DNA of 64,000 nucleotides from Alphaproteobacteria bacterium. GTDB taxonomy: Bacteria > Pseudomonadota > Alphaproteobacteria > UBA828. The notes under the pieces are model-generated. The model was not told where the DNA came from. It saw nothing but the letters and a program-made list of their open reading frames with translations, and made no database searches. The stretch covers positions 649,357-713,356 of the forward strand of contig CBDEFM010000001.1 of assembly GCA_965237415.1 (NCBI GenBank). Direction: 5' to 3'. The first letter of the stretch is position 1. Every line of letters begins with the position of its first letter. The position numbers and the translations under genes were made by a program. Positions 22,657 through 33,800 of this stretch are shown piece by piece.

Positions 22657-24586
22657 GTGCGCCAGGCTAACTGGTGCAGTGCAGCCGGTGAAAGTCCGGC
22701 GGGAAAGGAGAAGGCTAGCCACCACTTCCACCCCGAGTCATGGGCCGTCATCCGCGAGGATGGGGGTTAAGCGTTGACAGGGGCGCGTGCGGGCAGGGCT
22801 ATTGAGCACCGAAAGAGACTCATCCGGGATGCCGAGGCTTTTTCCATAGGCCGAAGGTAGCATCTGGTCCACCGATATGGCGACTGGGGGGACAGAATCC
22901 CGCGGTGTCTAAGAACCCATGCACGTACGTACGCACTGCACCGGGACCTGGGAGGTCTCTATGCCATCCCGCTGTCGTGGCGGGGTCGCTGAGGAAAGGA
23001 GGAATCCGTAACCGATGATGCACGGCATGGAGAAGTCAGACTCGGGAATAGTAGCTGTGAAGCCGGCGAACAAAGGGATGAGAGTCCCGGCGGAGTCGAT
23101 GGAGCGAAGGACCGAGCCCAAGGGGAATCTGGAAGGCCAAAGCACGCGCCGGACACAGGACCGGGAAAGCGTGACACAGGCGGCTGACCGGATACGGCGA
23201 TTTGTACAACGGGAGCCACGGGAGCGTCTGACGACGCTTCTCCACCATGTCACGGTCGAAGCGCTGCGCTGGGCGTTCTTCGCGTTGAAGAGGAACGCAG
23301 CGGCAGGCGCGGATGGCATGACGTGGCGGATGTACGAGGAAGGGCTGGAAGGCCGTCTAGCCGACCTTCACGACCGCGTGCACTCGGGAGCGTACCGGGC
23401 GACGCCATCACGGCGGGTGAATATTCCGAAACCGGATGGCGGCACACGACCGCTCGGCGTCGCGGCCATAGAGGACAAGATAGTCCAGAAGGCTGTGGCG
23501 GAGATAATCCTGACGCCGATTTACGAGGCGGAGTTCCTGGGGTTCAGCTATGGGTTCCGGCCCGGGCGTGGGGCGCATGATGCGCTCGACGCGCTCGCGG
23601 CTGGCATCAAACGGCGCAAGGTCAACTGGGTGGTGGACTGTGACATCCGTGCATTCTTCGACAACGTGTCGAGGAACTGGCTGGTCCGGTTTCTCGAACA
23701 CCGCATCGCGGACAAGCGGGTTATCAGGCTCATCATCAAGTGGTTGAACGCTGGCGTCATGGAAGATGGAGAGTGGCGGGACAACCTGCGGGGGACGCCG
23801 CAAGGCTCGGTGGCTTCACCGGTCTTGGCGAACATCTACCTGCACTATGTCCTCGACTTGTGGTTCCAGAAGAAGTGGCGCAGCCATGAGGTCGAAGGCG
23901 ACGCAATCATCGTGCGGTACGCCGATGATTTCGTGGTGGGTTTTCAGCACAAGCGGGACGCGGAGCGCTTCCTGAACGCCGTAAAGGAACGGTTCGAAAG
24001 CCTCGAACTGGACACACACCCCGACAAGACCCGGCTCATCGAGTTCGGGCGGTTTGCCCTGAAAGACCGTCGGCAACGAGGGCAGGGCAGACCGGAGACC
24101 TTCGACTTTCTGGGCTTCACGCACTACTGCGCGAAGGACAGACGAGGGAGATTCCAGTTGGGGCGCAAACCGGTCGCGAGGCGGATGAGCCGGACACTGA
24201 AGCGGATTAAGGAGGCGCTACGCAGGCGGATGCACTGCAAGTCCAAGGAGACGGCAAGATGGCTGGGGAAGGTGCTCGACGGATGGCTCAACTACTACGC
24301 AATCCCGAACAGCTACCGATACCTCGACCGTTTTACTATCCGCCTGAAGCGACTGTGGTTGCGCACGCTACGCCTACGGTCGCAGAAGGACCGCACGACA
24401 TGGGCCGATATCACGGCACTGACCAAGACCCATTGGCCCAAGCTGGAAATCCGACACCCGTGGCCGGACCAACGATTTGCCGTCAGCGCTATGCGGGGCG
24501 GAACCCAAGGGAGGAGCCGGATGCCCTAGCGGGCCTGTCCGGATCTGTGCGGGGGGGCGCTGGGCAACCAGCGTCCCTACCGCGAT
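22657..24586 (+). ncRNA. Group II intron (about 1930 nt), antisense within IS66 tnpC
   Basis: 5' GTGCG at 22657. Domain V GAGCCGGATGCCCTAGCGGGCCTGTCCGGATCTG and domain VI ending CCCTACCGCGAT at 24586. EBS1-like TCCATA (22843-22848) is complementary to the 5' exon end TATGGA. Excision restores the host frame. Confidence 0.92.
23015..24529 (+). CDS. ltrA: Group II intron reverse transcriptase/maturase (no endonuclease domain evident)
   Basis: AAGADG, IPKPDGGTRPLG, SYGFRPGRGAHDAL, GTPQG, RYADDFV, FDFLGFT, GWLNYY (X domain). Confidence 0.95.
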   Translation: MMHGMEKSDSGIVAVKPANKGMRVPAESMERRTEPKGNLEGQSTRRTQDRESVTQAADRIRRFVQREPRERLTTLLHHVTVEALRWAFFALKRNAAAGADGMTWRMYEEGLEGRLADLHDRVHSGAYRATPSRRVNIPKPDGGTRPLGVAAIEDKIVQKAVAEIILTPIYEAEFLGFSYGFRPGRGAHDALDALAAGIKRRKVNWVVDCDIRAFFDNVSRNWLVRFLEHRIADKRVIRLIIKWLNAGVMEDGEWRDNLRGTPQGSVASPVLANIYLHYVLDLWFQKKWRSHEVEGDAIIVRYADDFVVGFQHKRDAERFLNAVKERFESLELDTHPDKTRLIEFGRFALKDRRQRGQGRPETFDFLGFTHYCAKDRRGRFQLGRKPVARRMSRTLKRIKEALRRRMHCKSKETARWLGKVLDGWLNYYAIPNSYRYLDRFTIRLKRLWLRTLRLRSQKDRTTWADITALTKTHWPKLEIRHPWPDQRFAVSAMRGGTQGRSRMP

Positions 24587-26497
24587 AGTAGACGGCATCG
24601 CTGCTGACCGAGGTCCACAGCCAGGCGCGGCTCGACCGGTCTTCCCCGCGAAGCTCTTGCACGCGCCAGCTGGTTTCGTCGGCATGGCGCAGCGCCGCCT
24701 TGTCCTGGTGCGCGAGGATCGCCCCGGCGACTGGCTCGAACAGTGGCACGAAGCGGAGCATGCTGTCGGCGAGCGTGCCGGGAGAGATCGGCAGCCCCCG
24801 GTCGGACAGCCACGCGGCGACCCGCTTGAGCGGGCGGTAGCAGGCATAGCGTTCGAACAGGACGCAGGCCCACACGCTGATTCCGTAGGGCGTGTTGCGG
24901 AACAACCGCGGCACCGGGGGCGCCGACACTTCGATCGGCGACGACGCGCAGCCGCAGGCCCGGCGCCAGCGCGGACGGCGGATCACACGCTTGTGGGCCT
25001 TGACGTCGATCTCGACGAGCGGGGAGATATCGGCGCCGATCGCCGCATAGGGCTTGCCGCAACAGGAGCACACACGCGCCTCCTTCGGCGGGTTGATCTC
25101 CTCCTCGCGCTCCTCGAGCCCGGGCCGTCGGGTACGGCCATGGCCTGGGGCGCCGCGCTGCTGGCCGCGCGGGCGTCCGGAACGCGGCGTCTCCTGCTTC
25201 TCGCTCTTTCGGCCGAACAGCGCCTTCGACAGCACCGCCCCGGTCGCGCGAAGCCTGGCAAGCTGCGCTTCCAGCGTCTGGATCCGATTCCACGACGCCT
25301 TCGCGCCCTTGCGCAGCCGGGCGTTCTCCCTGGACAGCGATTTGATCGTGGCCTTCTGGCGCCGCGATCTCCGCAATGCCCTGCGCAGGTCGGCATCCGC
25401 AATGGACAGCGACTTCGACAGCGTCTTCCTGACCGCTCGAAGCCCGGCAAGCTCGGACTCAAGCGCCTTTCTGATTGCACGAAGTTTGGCAGGCTGAACC
25501 TCCAGCGACGCTTGCCGCCTCTCCAACTTCCGCACGGTCCTGCGCAGCCGGGCGTTCTCCTTGCCGAACGACGTGATCGTGGCCTTCTGGCGCCGAGATC
25601 TCCTCAGGGCTGTACGAAGTTGAGCAGCCTCGTCGCACGACAACTTTGACAGCGTCGCCCCGGTCGCGCGAAGCTTGGTAAGCCGCGCCTTCAATTTGTC
25701 CTTTTGGGCCTCGGACACGTTCAGAGCAACGCGCAGCCGGTAGCCCTCGCCGGACAAGGATTTCACCGCGTCCTTCTGGTCGCGCAGTCGCCTCAGTTCC
25801 GCAACAAGACGAACGATCTCGCGGTTCTGCGATCCGATCGTCTCCTTGTGGGTTTCCGCGCCCTGCAAATCCTTGCGCAACTCACGGACCTCGTACTCCA
25901 GCAACCCGGCCTTCGCCGCCCGGGCCTGCGCCACCTTCAGAGCCTTGCGCAGCTGGTTGACCTCCGTGAGCGACACAACCGGGGGCTGCCTGGCGGCCTC
26001 GATGCGGGATTCCGAAGGCCGCTGCTCAAACCGCGTCACTTCCGCCTTCGATGATTGCGCGGCCTTCACCGCGCGACGCAGTTCCTTCACCTCGACGCGG
26101 GACGCCTCCAGCTTGCCCCGACAGCTGTCGAGCTGCCACTTGAAAGAACCCGCCCGGGAACGAGCATCCACATCTGACCGGCGCAGCTCTTCACAGCGTG
26201 CTTCGGCCGCGTCCGCCCGCGCCCGTTCCCGCTCCGCACGGGCGTGCTGCCGCTCGTACAGCGAACGCCAGTCGCGCGGCTGCTGCTCCAGCACGGACGC
26301 AGGGAACGACCAACCTGCATCGTCACCATCGGCCTGCGTCAGCGCTGCGCCAATATCTTCGTCGAGAACCGCCATGCGCTCAACGATAGCCCATGGCAAA
26401 ACGCGTTACCAGCCCAATTTTAGAGTTCATCCCGACATGGATGATGAGCCCAACGTCGGCCTATACCGGCCCGACCGAACCTTTACCGCGATGGCCG

Positions 26498-28255
26498 CTA
26501 CTGCTCGTCCGGCCGCGCCATGCGGTAGCCGGCGCCGCGCGCGGTGACGATCCAGGCCGGCGCGTTGGGGTCGTCGCCGAGCTTCTCGCGCAGCTTCTTG
26601 ACGAAGGCGCGCACCAGCTTCGGGTTGGCGCGGTTGCGCTCGCGCCAGACCTGGCGCCGGATGGCGTCGTAGGTCGAGACCCGGTCGCCGGCCTGCGAGA
26701 GCACGCGCAGCAGCTCGAACTCGGTGGCGGTCAGCTCCACAGGGTTGCCGGCGACGGTCACCCGGCGCCGGGCGTAGTCGATGGCGAGGTCCCCCAGCAC
26801 GTAGGGCTCGGGCTCGGCGCGCCCGCGCAGCGCCGCCCGGACCCGCGCCGCGAGCTCGGTCGGCGAGAAGGGCTTGACGATGTAGTCGACGGCGCCGGCC
26901 TCGAGCGCCCGCGCGATCGTCTCGTCCCTGCCGTAGCCGGAGATGAAGATCACCGGCAGGTCGGCGAGCGCGGGGACCTGCGCCATCAGCTCGATGCCGT
27001 CGGTCCCGGGCAGCATCAGGTCGAGCAGGACCAGCGCCGGCTTCTCGGTCCCGATGATGTGCGACAGGTCGCGATGGTCGCCGGTCGCGAGCGGGGCGTA
27101 GCCGGCTTGCGTGAGCGCGTCGCGGACATAGCGCAGCGTCTGCGGGTCGTCGTCGACCACGAGGATGCGCACCGGCCCGGCGTCGTCGCGCAGGGCGCGC
27201 GACGGGCTCGTGCCGGCGGCCGCCGCCTCTGCCAGCGGCAGCGTGAAGGTGAAGCGGGCGCCCCGCCCGGCGCCGGCGCTCTCGGCCCGGATGCGCCCGC
27301 CATGGGCCTCGACCAGCCCCTTGCAGATGGCGAGGCCGAGGCCCGTGCCGATGCCGGGTTCGCCCTCGCCCTCGCCGGGCTGGCCCTCGCCGGCGGGGGC
27401 GGGTGCGCGGGCGGCGTCGTATTTGCGGAACAGATGCGCGAGGCGGTCCGGCGCCACGCCCCGGCCCTCGTCGGAAACCGAGATCGCGACCTGCACCCCG
27501 TCGCGCGCCGCCTCGATCCGGATCGGCGTCGACACCGGCGCGTGGCGCGCGGCGTTGGACAGCAGGTTGTTCAGCACCTGCACAATGCGCTCCCGGTCGG
27601 CCATCGCCCAGGGCAGGTCCGGCGGCAGGTCGATGACGAGGGTGTGCCGGCCGCCGCCGGACAGGAACGTGGTGCGCGCCCGGTCGACCAGCGCCGCGAC
27701 CTCCGAGGGCTCCGGCGCCACCGACAGCGTGCCCGCGTCGATGCTCCCGGCGTCGAGCAGGTCGGCGATGAGGCCGCTCATGCGGTCGGCCTGCTCGTCG
27801 ATGATGCGGAAGAACTGCCGGATCTCGGCCGCACCGTAGAGCCGCGCGGCGCCGAGCACCGTGGCGGTCGAGCCCTTGATCGAGGTCAGCGGCATGCGCA
27901 GCTCGTGGCTCACCATGCCGAGGAACTCCGCCCGCATGCGCTCCAGCTCCTGGAGCGGCGCGAGGTCCTGCATGGTGACCACCACCGAGGCGACGGCGCC
28001 GGCCCCGGCATCGGTCGGCGCCGCGTGGATCGGCGTCGCGTTGATCAGCGTGGTGATGCTGCGCCCGTCGGGAACCGAGAGCTCGACCTCCTCGGCGCGC
28101 ACCGTCTCGGCGCTGCTCAGCGCGCCCGAGAGCGGGAACCGGTCGAGCGCGATCTCGCGCCCGTCGGCGCGCCGGCAGGTGATCACCTGGAGCAGGTCCT
28201 CGGCGCTGCGGCCCGGCATGCGCAGGCTCTCCACCAGCCGCGTCGCCTCCCGGAC
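26498..28255 (-). pseudogene. Hybrid sensor kinase/response regulator (PAS-HisKA-HATPase-REC-winged helix), 5'-truncated
   Basis: VSHELRMPLTSIKG, QVLNNLLSNA, GTGLGLAICK, ILVVDDDP, LLDLMLP, YIVKPF, LTATEFELL, ARGAGYR. No credible start upstream of about 28255. Confidence 0.8.
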
Positions 28256-29600
28256 CAAGGCCCTCGGAGGTGGCGCCTGTGGTGTCTCGCTTGCGCGGGG
28301 CACTTGTGCGGTGATCAGGTCAGCGCAGAGCGCCGGCCGGGCCGGTCGGTGACCAAGGCCACACGGGGACTGAACCGAGCCGCACCCCCCTGAGCGCCGG
28401 GGGTCCCGCTCCCATTGGGAAAACTTATGGGCGTTGAAGGAAAACGATATTGGAAATGATCCCGGAGCTTCGCTAGATTGCATCCACCCGATGGGGATCT
28501 GGTTGAAGCCGAGGAAGGACCGATGCTGCAAGGGATGATGACCGTGAATGACCGACGCCTCCGGATGGCCCTCACGGGGCTCGCCATGGCCGTCATGGTC
28601 GTCGTCATCGTCGTCGCCGGCATCGAACCGGCGCTGGCCTTTGGCTGCAGCAGGTGACCGCACCTTCGCTGGTTCAGGCCGCGTCGGACAGGCCCCCTTG
28701 CCGGTCCGGCGGTGGACGCGTCCGATACGGTAGCCCGGAAACTCGAACGCTCCTCCCGGGCATCTTCGGGGCGGCAGAGGTCGCGGCCAAGTGGCACACC
28801 GACGGCTGGATGCGCTCGCAGATGCGGCGCTGGATCGCGAAGGCCAAGGCCCTCGTCGACGGCGGCTGGCGCGACCTGGTGCCCCGCTACGTGTCCGACG
28901 AGTGACGGGAATGGGCAGGTCGTCGCGAAGCACGGAATCGAGGCTGCTTGCGGAGCGATGCGGCAGCGGGAAACGAGGGGCAACTGCGTCAGGCCGCCGT
29001 CGGATTACGAAAGCGATAGCTCCGGCCATACACGTTCGGTCGGGACACCGAACCTACGCTGGCTCCGACGTCATCCTCACGGCCCCACTGAACGGCTACA
29101 AAGCGGATCACGGCCCGATCGCAGGGTTGGGGACAATGGCAAGCGTTCGGTCGCGCCGGGATGGGGCGGGCCTCAGCGCCGGCCGAATGACGAATGACGC
29201 CGAGTTCAACGGCGTGATCGCCAGGGAAAAATGCTGTCGGGCACTGGGAATGCCTGACGCTCCTGCCAGCGCGGAGGGTAACGGAGCCAGTGGGCCGGAC
29301 AGGCCCCGTTCGGAAAGGACACCGGACTGCCGCTGCGCCGGCGCCGCCATCCCGGCGCGACCGAACGCATACAGATCGGCGGCCAGTAACCGTTCGACGG
29401 CCGGGGGAGGGCGATGACGACACGCCGGACCAGCCAGGTCGCAGCGGGGAGAACACGGAAACGCCGTTGTCTCCAGGTAGCCCGCGAGCCGATGACCGAA
29501 GTGTTTCGGGTCGCGAGAGGAGCGTCCGTCAGTTCGCCCGTGGAAGGCGGCGACCAGGGTGCCGGAGCCGGCGCCCTCTCGTACCGTTCATGCGGGCAGG

Positions 29601-30608
29601 TCATCGGAAGGGGCCGGGAAACAGCCACGGGGCAATCCTGAGGCCGTTCCGGTCGACCCGGTCGGCGGTAATCCCGTTCGACAACTCGTCGTCGATACAT
29701 TCCGTCGCGATTTGCATGGCTTCCAGAAGGGGGCCGCGCCGATCGATGTCATGCTCCCAGAGAAGAGCCTCTTTCGAATCGAGTACGGCAGCACGTTCAG
29801 CCATCACCTTCGGATGGGTGTGCAGCCATCGCAGAAACGGGATGGCATCGGGCGTTTCGCGCCAGAGCTCGCCGCATTGTTCCGCATACTCCTTCGCCAG
29901 GTCTGGACCGGCGAAGTTCGTGCCATGCCAAATGCCGACCGGCATGGGCGCGGGGTTTCCGCAGAGGATTTCCGGGATATAGACATTCTCGACGAACCCG
30001 CGCCTGAGACTGGTTGCGGCCGCCGCGTGCCGGCCCTGCCGGAATTGCAACAGCGCCATCTCATACCAGTAAGGCGGATACTCCGCCGCCTCCGTCTCGA
30101 ACAGGGACTGGGCCCGCTCTTCCTGACCGGTGCGCAGGTACTCGGAGCCGATGATGTAGCGGATGCCCTGGTTGTCATCGGGGTTCCATGCCAGCATCCG
30201 CTCCATGATCGCTATGGCCTCGGTGGCGTTGCCCAGTTGCAGATGGCAAAGGGCAGCCCCGTGAGCCGCGCGAAGAAAGGGACGGTTCTCCAGGAACTTC
30301 CACTCGATGAATTCCTGGAAGTCCGGGGGAATGAGTTCCGTCCCCAGCGAATAGCCCCGCATGCAGGACTCCAGTGCGCGTTTGAAGGTTCCCCGGTCAT
30401 ACAGCGCGTTTCCGAGATGCGCATGGCCGTCGATGAACCAGGGATGGCGTTCGACCAAGTCTTCCAGCGCCTTGACATACCAGGATGTGGAAGGCCGGTC
30501 GGCCCCTCGCCGCTCCAGGAGATCGTCGAGTTCCTCGACGACGCCGTCATACCCCGGTGGATATACGAAGACGGCGACGTCTTCGTGCATTTCAAGGGTG
30601 ATCGTCAT
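29601..30608 (-). CDS. Tetratricopeptide-repeat-containing hypothetical protein
   Basis: PWFIDGHAHLGNAL, ENRPFLRAAHG, LAWNPDDNQGIRY; helical TPR-like segments. Confidence 0.7.
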   Translation of the reverse strand: MTITLEMHEDVAVFVYPPGYDGVVEELDDLLERRGADRPSTSWYVKALEDLVERHPWFIDGHAHLGNALYDRGTFKRALESCMRGYSLGTELIPPDFQEFIEWKFLENRPFLRAAHGAALCHLQLGNATEAIAIMERMLAWNPDDNQGIRYIIGSEYLRTGQEERAQSLFETEAAEYPPYWYEMALLQFRQGRHAAAATSLRRGFVENVYIPEILCGNPAPMPVGIWHGTNFAGPDLAKEYAEQCGELWRETPDAIPFLRWLHTHPKVMAERAAVLDSKEALLWEHDIDRRGPLLEAMQIATECIDDELSNGITADRVDRNGLRIAPWLFPGPFR

Positions 30609-31206
30609 CGCCCGTTCTCGCCGGATTCGGACCGGGGTTTCGTTTCCGGCTCCAGCGCCCGGACGGCCGCCATGGCGATCGTCACGGCGAGGTCCGTGCT
30701 CAGCGTTGCGATTCGTCTTCCGGGATTCTCGATCATGCGAATTTGATGGCGCAATCGAAGATCGCAGTCAACGCAGCCCAGCCACGAAACCTGACAATCA
30801 CAGATATCGAGTCAGCAACCGGGGTTGTCGCTTTGGGTTCGGCGTCGTCGTCGGTCTGTCCATGAACAGCGCCTGTGAACCTTCCGGCCAATAACCGGAG
30901 ATGCACAGGTCAAGATCCTACCTCCGCAACCTCATATACCCCGTTATGCCAACAGGATAGCTGGGTATTTCATTTTCCGTCCCCGAGCTGATTGCCTGGC
31001 CGTAAGCATACTGTAAGCGGAGTCAATGCATCGTGGGGCCGGGCTGTGACCGCGCGTGGCAACGTCGCCCGCGGAATTTTCCTGCGTTCACACGCATGGC
31101 GCCGCATGGCCAGCCCGCCGCCGGGGTCGCAACCTGAAAGCGGGGGTCCCCGGTGCGCGCGGCTGGCTGCGCCGGTCGGTCTGCGCGCGCCAGGTCGGTA
31201 AACCGG

Positions 31207-31262
31207 GGCGGTGCTTACGGCGGGCTGGCGGTGCTTACGGCGGGCTGGCGGTGCTTACGGCG
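31207..31262. repeat. 20-bp tandem repeat, about 2.8 copies
   Basis: GGCGGTGCTTACGGCGGGCT x2 plus a 16-bp partial copy. Confidence 0.9.
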
Positions 31263-31324
31263 ACCGGTATTGCGCCGGTGGCCACGAGACGTTGGCGGCC
31301 ACCCACCCGGTTCCGCCCACTGTC

Positions 31325-31570
31325 GGATACCCTGGTTGTCATCGGAGTTCCACGCCAGAATCTTCTCCATCATCGTCACCGCTTCCCGGGATCGGCCCAG
31401 CCGCGGATGGCAAAGGACCGCCCCGCGAGCCGCGCGAAGAAGCGGGCGGTTCTCCAGAGTTCGCATTCGATGAATTCCTGGAAGTCCGGCGGAATGAGTT
31501 CCGCCCGCAGCGCATTGCCCCGCATGCAGGATCCGGTGCGCGTTTGAACTTTCCCTGGTCGTACAGTGCG
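31325..31570 (-). pseudogene. Degraded partial duplicate of the TPR gene (matches about 30160-30410)
   Basis: ELIPPDFQEFIE / LENRPLLRAARGA / ILAWNSDDNQGIR, with frameshifts. Confidence 0.8.
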
Positions 31571-31874
31571 TATGGGGCCCACGACCGGGCCATCAGACTC
31601 CTCCGGAGCGGTGGGCGGTCATTTCCGTGTGTACGGATCCGCCGGCGGCCGAGGGCGCCGGCGCTGCCCGTATGTCCTCTGGGCATCGAATTCGACCCAA
31701 TCGGCATTGGCATTTTCGGTTTCCGGTCGTTAATCGATTCGGTCCTTGGCGCCGCGGTGGCGGCGTCGAGAACCGGCAGACAGGACCATGACCGGGAGAC
31801 TATCGGGAAGGGCCTGGGCGAAAGCCTTCGGCCGCGCGCGGGCGGCGGGACGGGCCGGGCGGCGGCGTAGCGCG

Positions 31875-32393
31875 ATGGACGTGGTCGTCGTCGAATCGCC
31901 CGCCAAGGCGCGGACAATCCGCAAGCTTCTCGGCAGCGGGTACCGGGTGCTGGCGACCAGCGGCCATGTCAGCGACCTGCCGGCCAGGGCGGGCTCGGTC
32001 GATCCCGAGGACGGTTTCGCGATGGTCTACGAGACCGGGCGCCGGGCGGCGCGGGCGCTCGCGGCCATCCGGGCGGCACTCGCGGATGCTGGCCGCCTGG
32101 TCCTGGCGACCGACCCCGACCGCGAGGGCGAGGCGATCGCCTGGCAGGTGCTGACCTGGCTGCGGGAGCGGGACGCGATCGGGGAGACGCCGGTCGCGCG
32201 CGTCGTCTTCCACGAGATCACCCCCGGAGCCGTGCGGGACGCGATGGCGCATCCGCGCGAAATCGACCTGGACCTGGTGCGGGCGCAGCAGGCACGCCGG
32301 GCGCTGGACTACCGTGCCGGCCTCTCCGACAATGCGGACGAGGGCCTTGCCACCGGAGACTTCGACAACACCGGGTTGGACGGGGCCGGTTAA
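31875..32393 (+). pseudogene. Type IA topoisomerase N-terminal TOPRIM fragment
   Basis: VVVESPAKARTI, SGHVSDLP, LATDPDREGEAIAW, RVVFHEIT, AQQARRALDY, then loss of homology and a stop. Confidence 0.85.
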
Positions 32394-32720
32394 GCGGTTC
32401 GGCCCTGGGGGCGATGTGGTTCATGGCAGTCTCCATGGAGGGTTGCATCGGTGCGGCGCCGGCGGCGCTCTCCGGCCGCCCCACGCCTGCCCTCCCCACG
32501 GGCCGACTCGGCCTCCTGGCGGTGCTCCGGGCAGCTGCACACCTCGATGGCGGTGCTGTGCCGCGGACCCGGGCCGAATCCGGTGCCGGCTGGGTTGACG
32601 CGGCCGGGCCGTTGGTCGAGGAATTTGCACTGTCGCGGGAAGTGGGTATTTCCGGCGGCCTGGCCATGGGGGACGCCGGAGTTCCAGGGTAGTGCGGACG
32701 AGGGAAGGCAGGAGGGTTCG

Positions 32721-33800
32721 GTGAGCGGAACGCGCGATCGCGAGGTGGCACGGTACTGGGGCGGGTTGTCCCTGCTGGTTCGGCTCTCGCAAGCCGGTAC
32801 CGAACTGTCGAGCGAGGAAGTCGGCGCGCTGCTGGGGACGCGGAATGTCAAGGGGATCGGGGCCGCGTTATCCGGGACCAGGGGCACGCTCCGCGGGGCA
32901 GGCATTCGCATGGAGGAGGCGGCAATCCGTCGGACGGTGCGCGGCCGGAGTGTCTGGACCGGCGGACCGCGGATCCGCCAGGCGATGCATGTTCTCGAAC
33001 AGGAGCGCTACCGATGGACGATCGGCAGCGTACGCAACGATTCACCGATAGAGAAGGTTCGACCCGGGGAAACGGGGCCGGTGCTCGTGCTTCGGGCGCT
33101 GAAGTCCCGGGGGAACGTCTACCGGATCGACGGCGGGATGACCGAACTGGACGAGATCCTCGACGACGACCTGTTGGAGATCGGTGACGCCCGAAGCGAA
33201 ACCATCGGGGAAACCTTCGTCGCCCGGATCGAACCGGGCGAGGACGGGCGAGAGCACCCGGTGCCGGATGGCTACGGGGAGAACGGCATCTGGGTGCGCG
33301 GCGAGCACGATTACGACGATTCTCGAGTGCCGGGCGCGATCGGGACTGGACTTTGGTCGATCATGATCGCCTGGGTCGGCGAAGCGACCTGGGTCGAGCG
33401 CCGCCTTCCGTTCGAGGACGTGCGCCGGCAGGTGGCGATGGCAAGTGCGGAAAACAGCCGATTGTTTTCCAGGGATGCGATCGCACACTGGCGGGACGTC
33501 GAGCCGGAATCGTGCTTCCGCTATGTGAACTGGATCGGCGCGCGCGGCCTCGACGGCCCGCGGCATGCGCCTCCGCTGCGCATGCGATTGCGCTGCTGGT
33601 ACGAGGTCGTGATCGGGACGGCGACGGGCAGACGCATCGTTCTGCGCGAGGAAGGGCTGCGCGGCGACGACGCGCGTACGACGAGCCGGGCGATCGGACG
33701 TTGGCGCCAGTTGCAGGACAAGGCAGCCAGCGAGCCGGTAGCGTTCCGAGAGCTCCGGATCGCCAGGAAGCAGCCTCGGCCGATGCCAGCGGACCGATAG
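32721..33800 (+). CDS. Hypothetical protein
   Basis: Long open frame with GC3-rich codons; GGAGG RBS before GTG at 32721; no motif recognised. Confidence 0.55.
   Translation: MSGTRDREVARYWGGLSLLVRLSQAGTELSSEEVGALLGTRNVKGIGAALSGTRGTLRGAGIRMEEAAIRRTVRGRSVWTGGPRIRQAMHVLEQERYRWTIGSVRNDSPIEKVRPGETGPVLVLRALKSRGNVYRIDGGMTELDEILDDDLLEIGDARSETIGETFVARIEPGEDGREHPVPDGYGENGIWVRGEHDYDDSRVPGAIGTGLWSIMIAWVGEATWVERRLPFEDVRRQVAMASAENSRLFSRDAIAHWRDVEPESCFRYVNWIGARGLDGPRHAPPLRMRLRCWYEVVIGTATGRRIVLREEGLRGDDARTTSRAIGRWRQLQDKAASEPVAFRELRIARKQPRPMPADR

Larger units (their letters stand above)
22346..26486 (-). mobile_element. IS66-family element (single long TnpC with coiled-coil N-terminus), interrupted by a group II intron and 3'-truncated
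   Basis: Probable end GTAAAGGTTCGG at 26486. TnpC motifs ALFGRKSEK, GQQRGAPGHGR, CSCCG, RHADETSW. Across the intron the frame rejoins as DAVY-F-HIDPSRS...VCDRYSAY...AFCWSHQRRDF. Confidence 0.85.

Noticed and set aside
23015-24529. RT as a retron, DGR or defence RT partnering the PtuAB-like pair
   Set aside because: It sits inside clear group II intron boundaries (GTGCG, domain V/VI), has a maturase X domain, and is about 10 kb from the ATPase/HNH genes.
28523-28657. 44-aa ORF with RBS resembling a pilin/secreted-protein signal peptide (…AGIEPALA)
   Set aside because: It stops right after the signal-like segment; too little to call, probably a remnant.
28256-29029. N-terminal 250 aa of the 843-aa ORF 26498-29029
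   Set aside because: Low-complexity read-through across unrelated remnants; kinase homology begins only near 28255.
30935-30970. MOBP-like oriT (reverse strand TATCCTG with an ATACCC/GGGTAT inverted repeat)
   Set aside because: The match is short enough to arise by chance and no relaxase is present in the window.
31207-31262. Possible CRISPR array
   Set aside because: Contiguous tandem units with no spacers and no cas genes; no CRISPR array was seen anywhere in the window.
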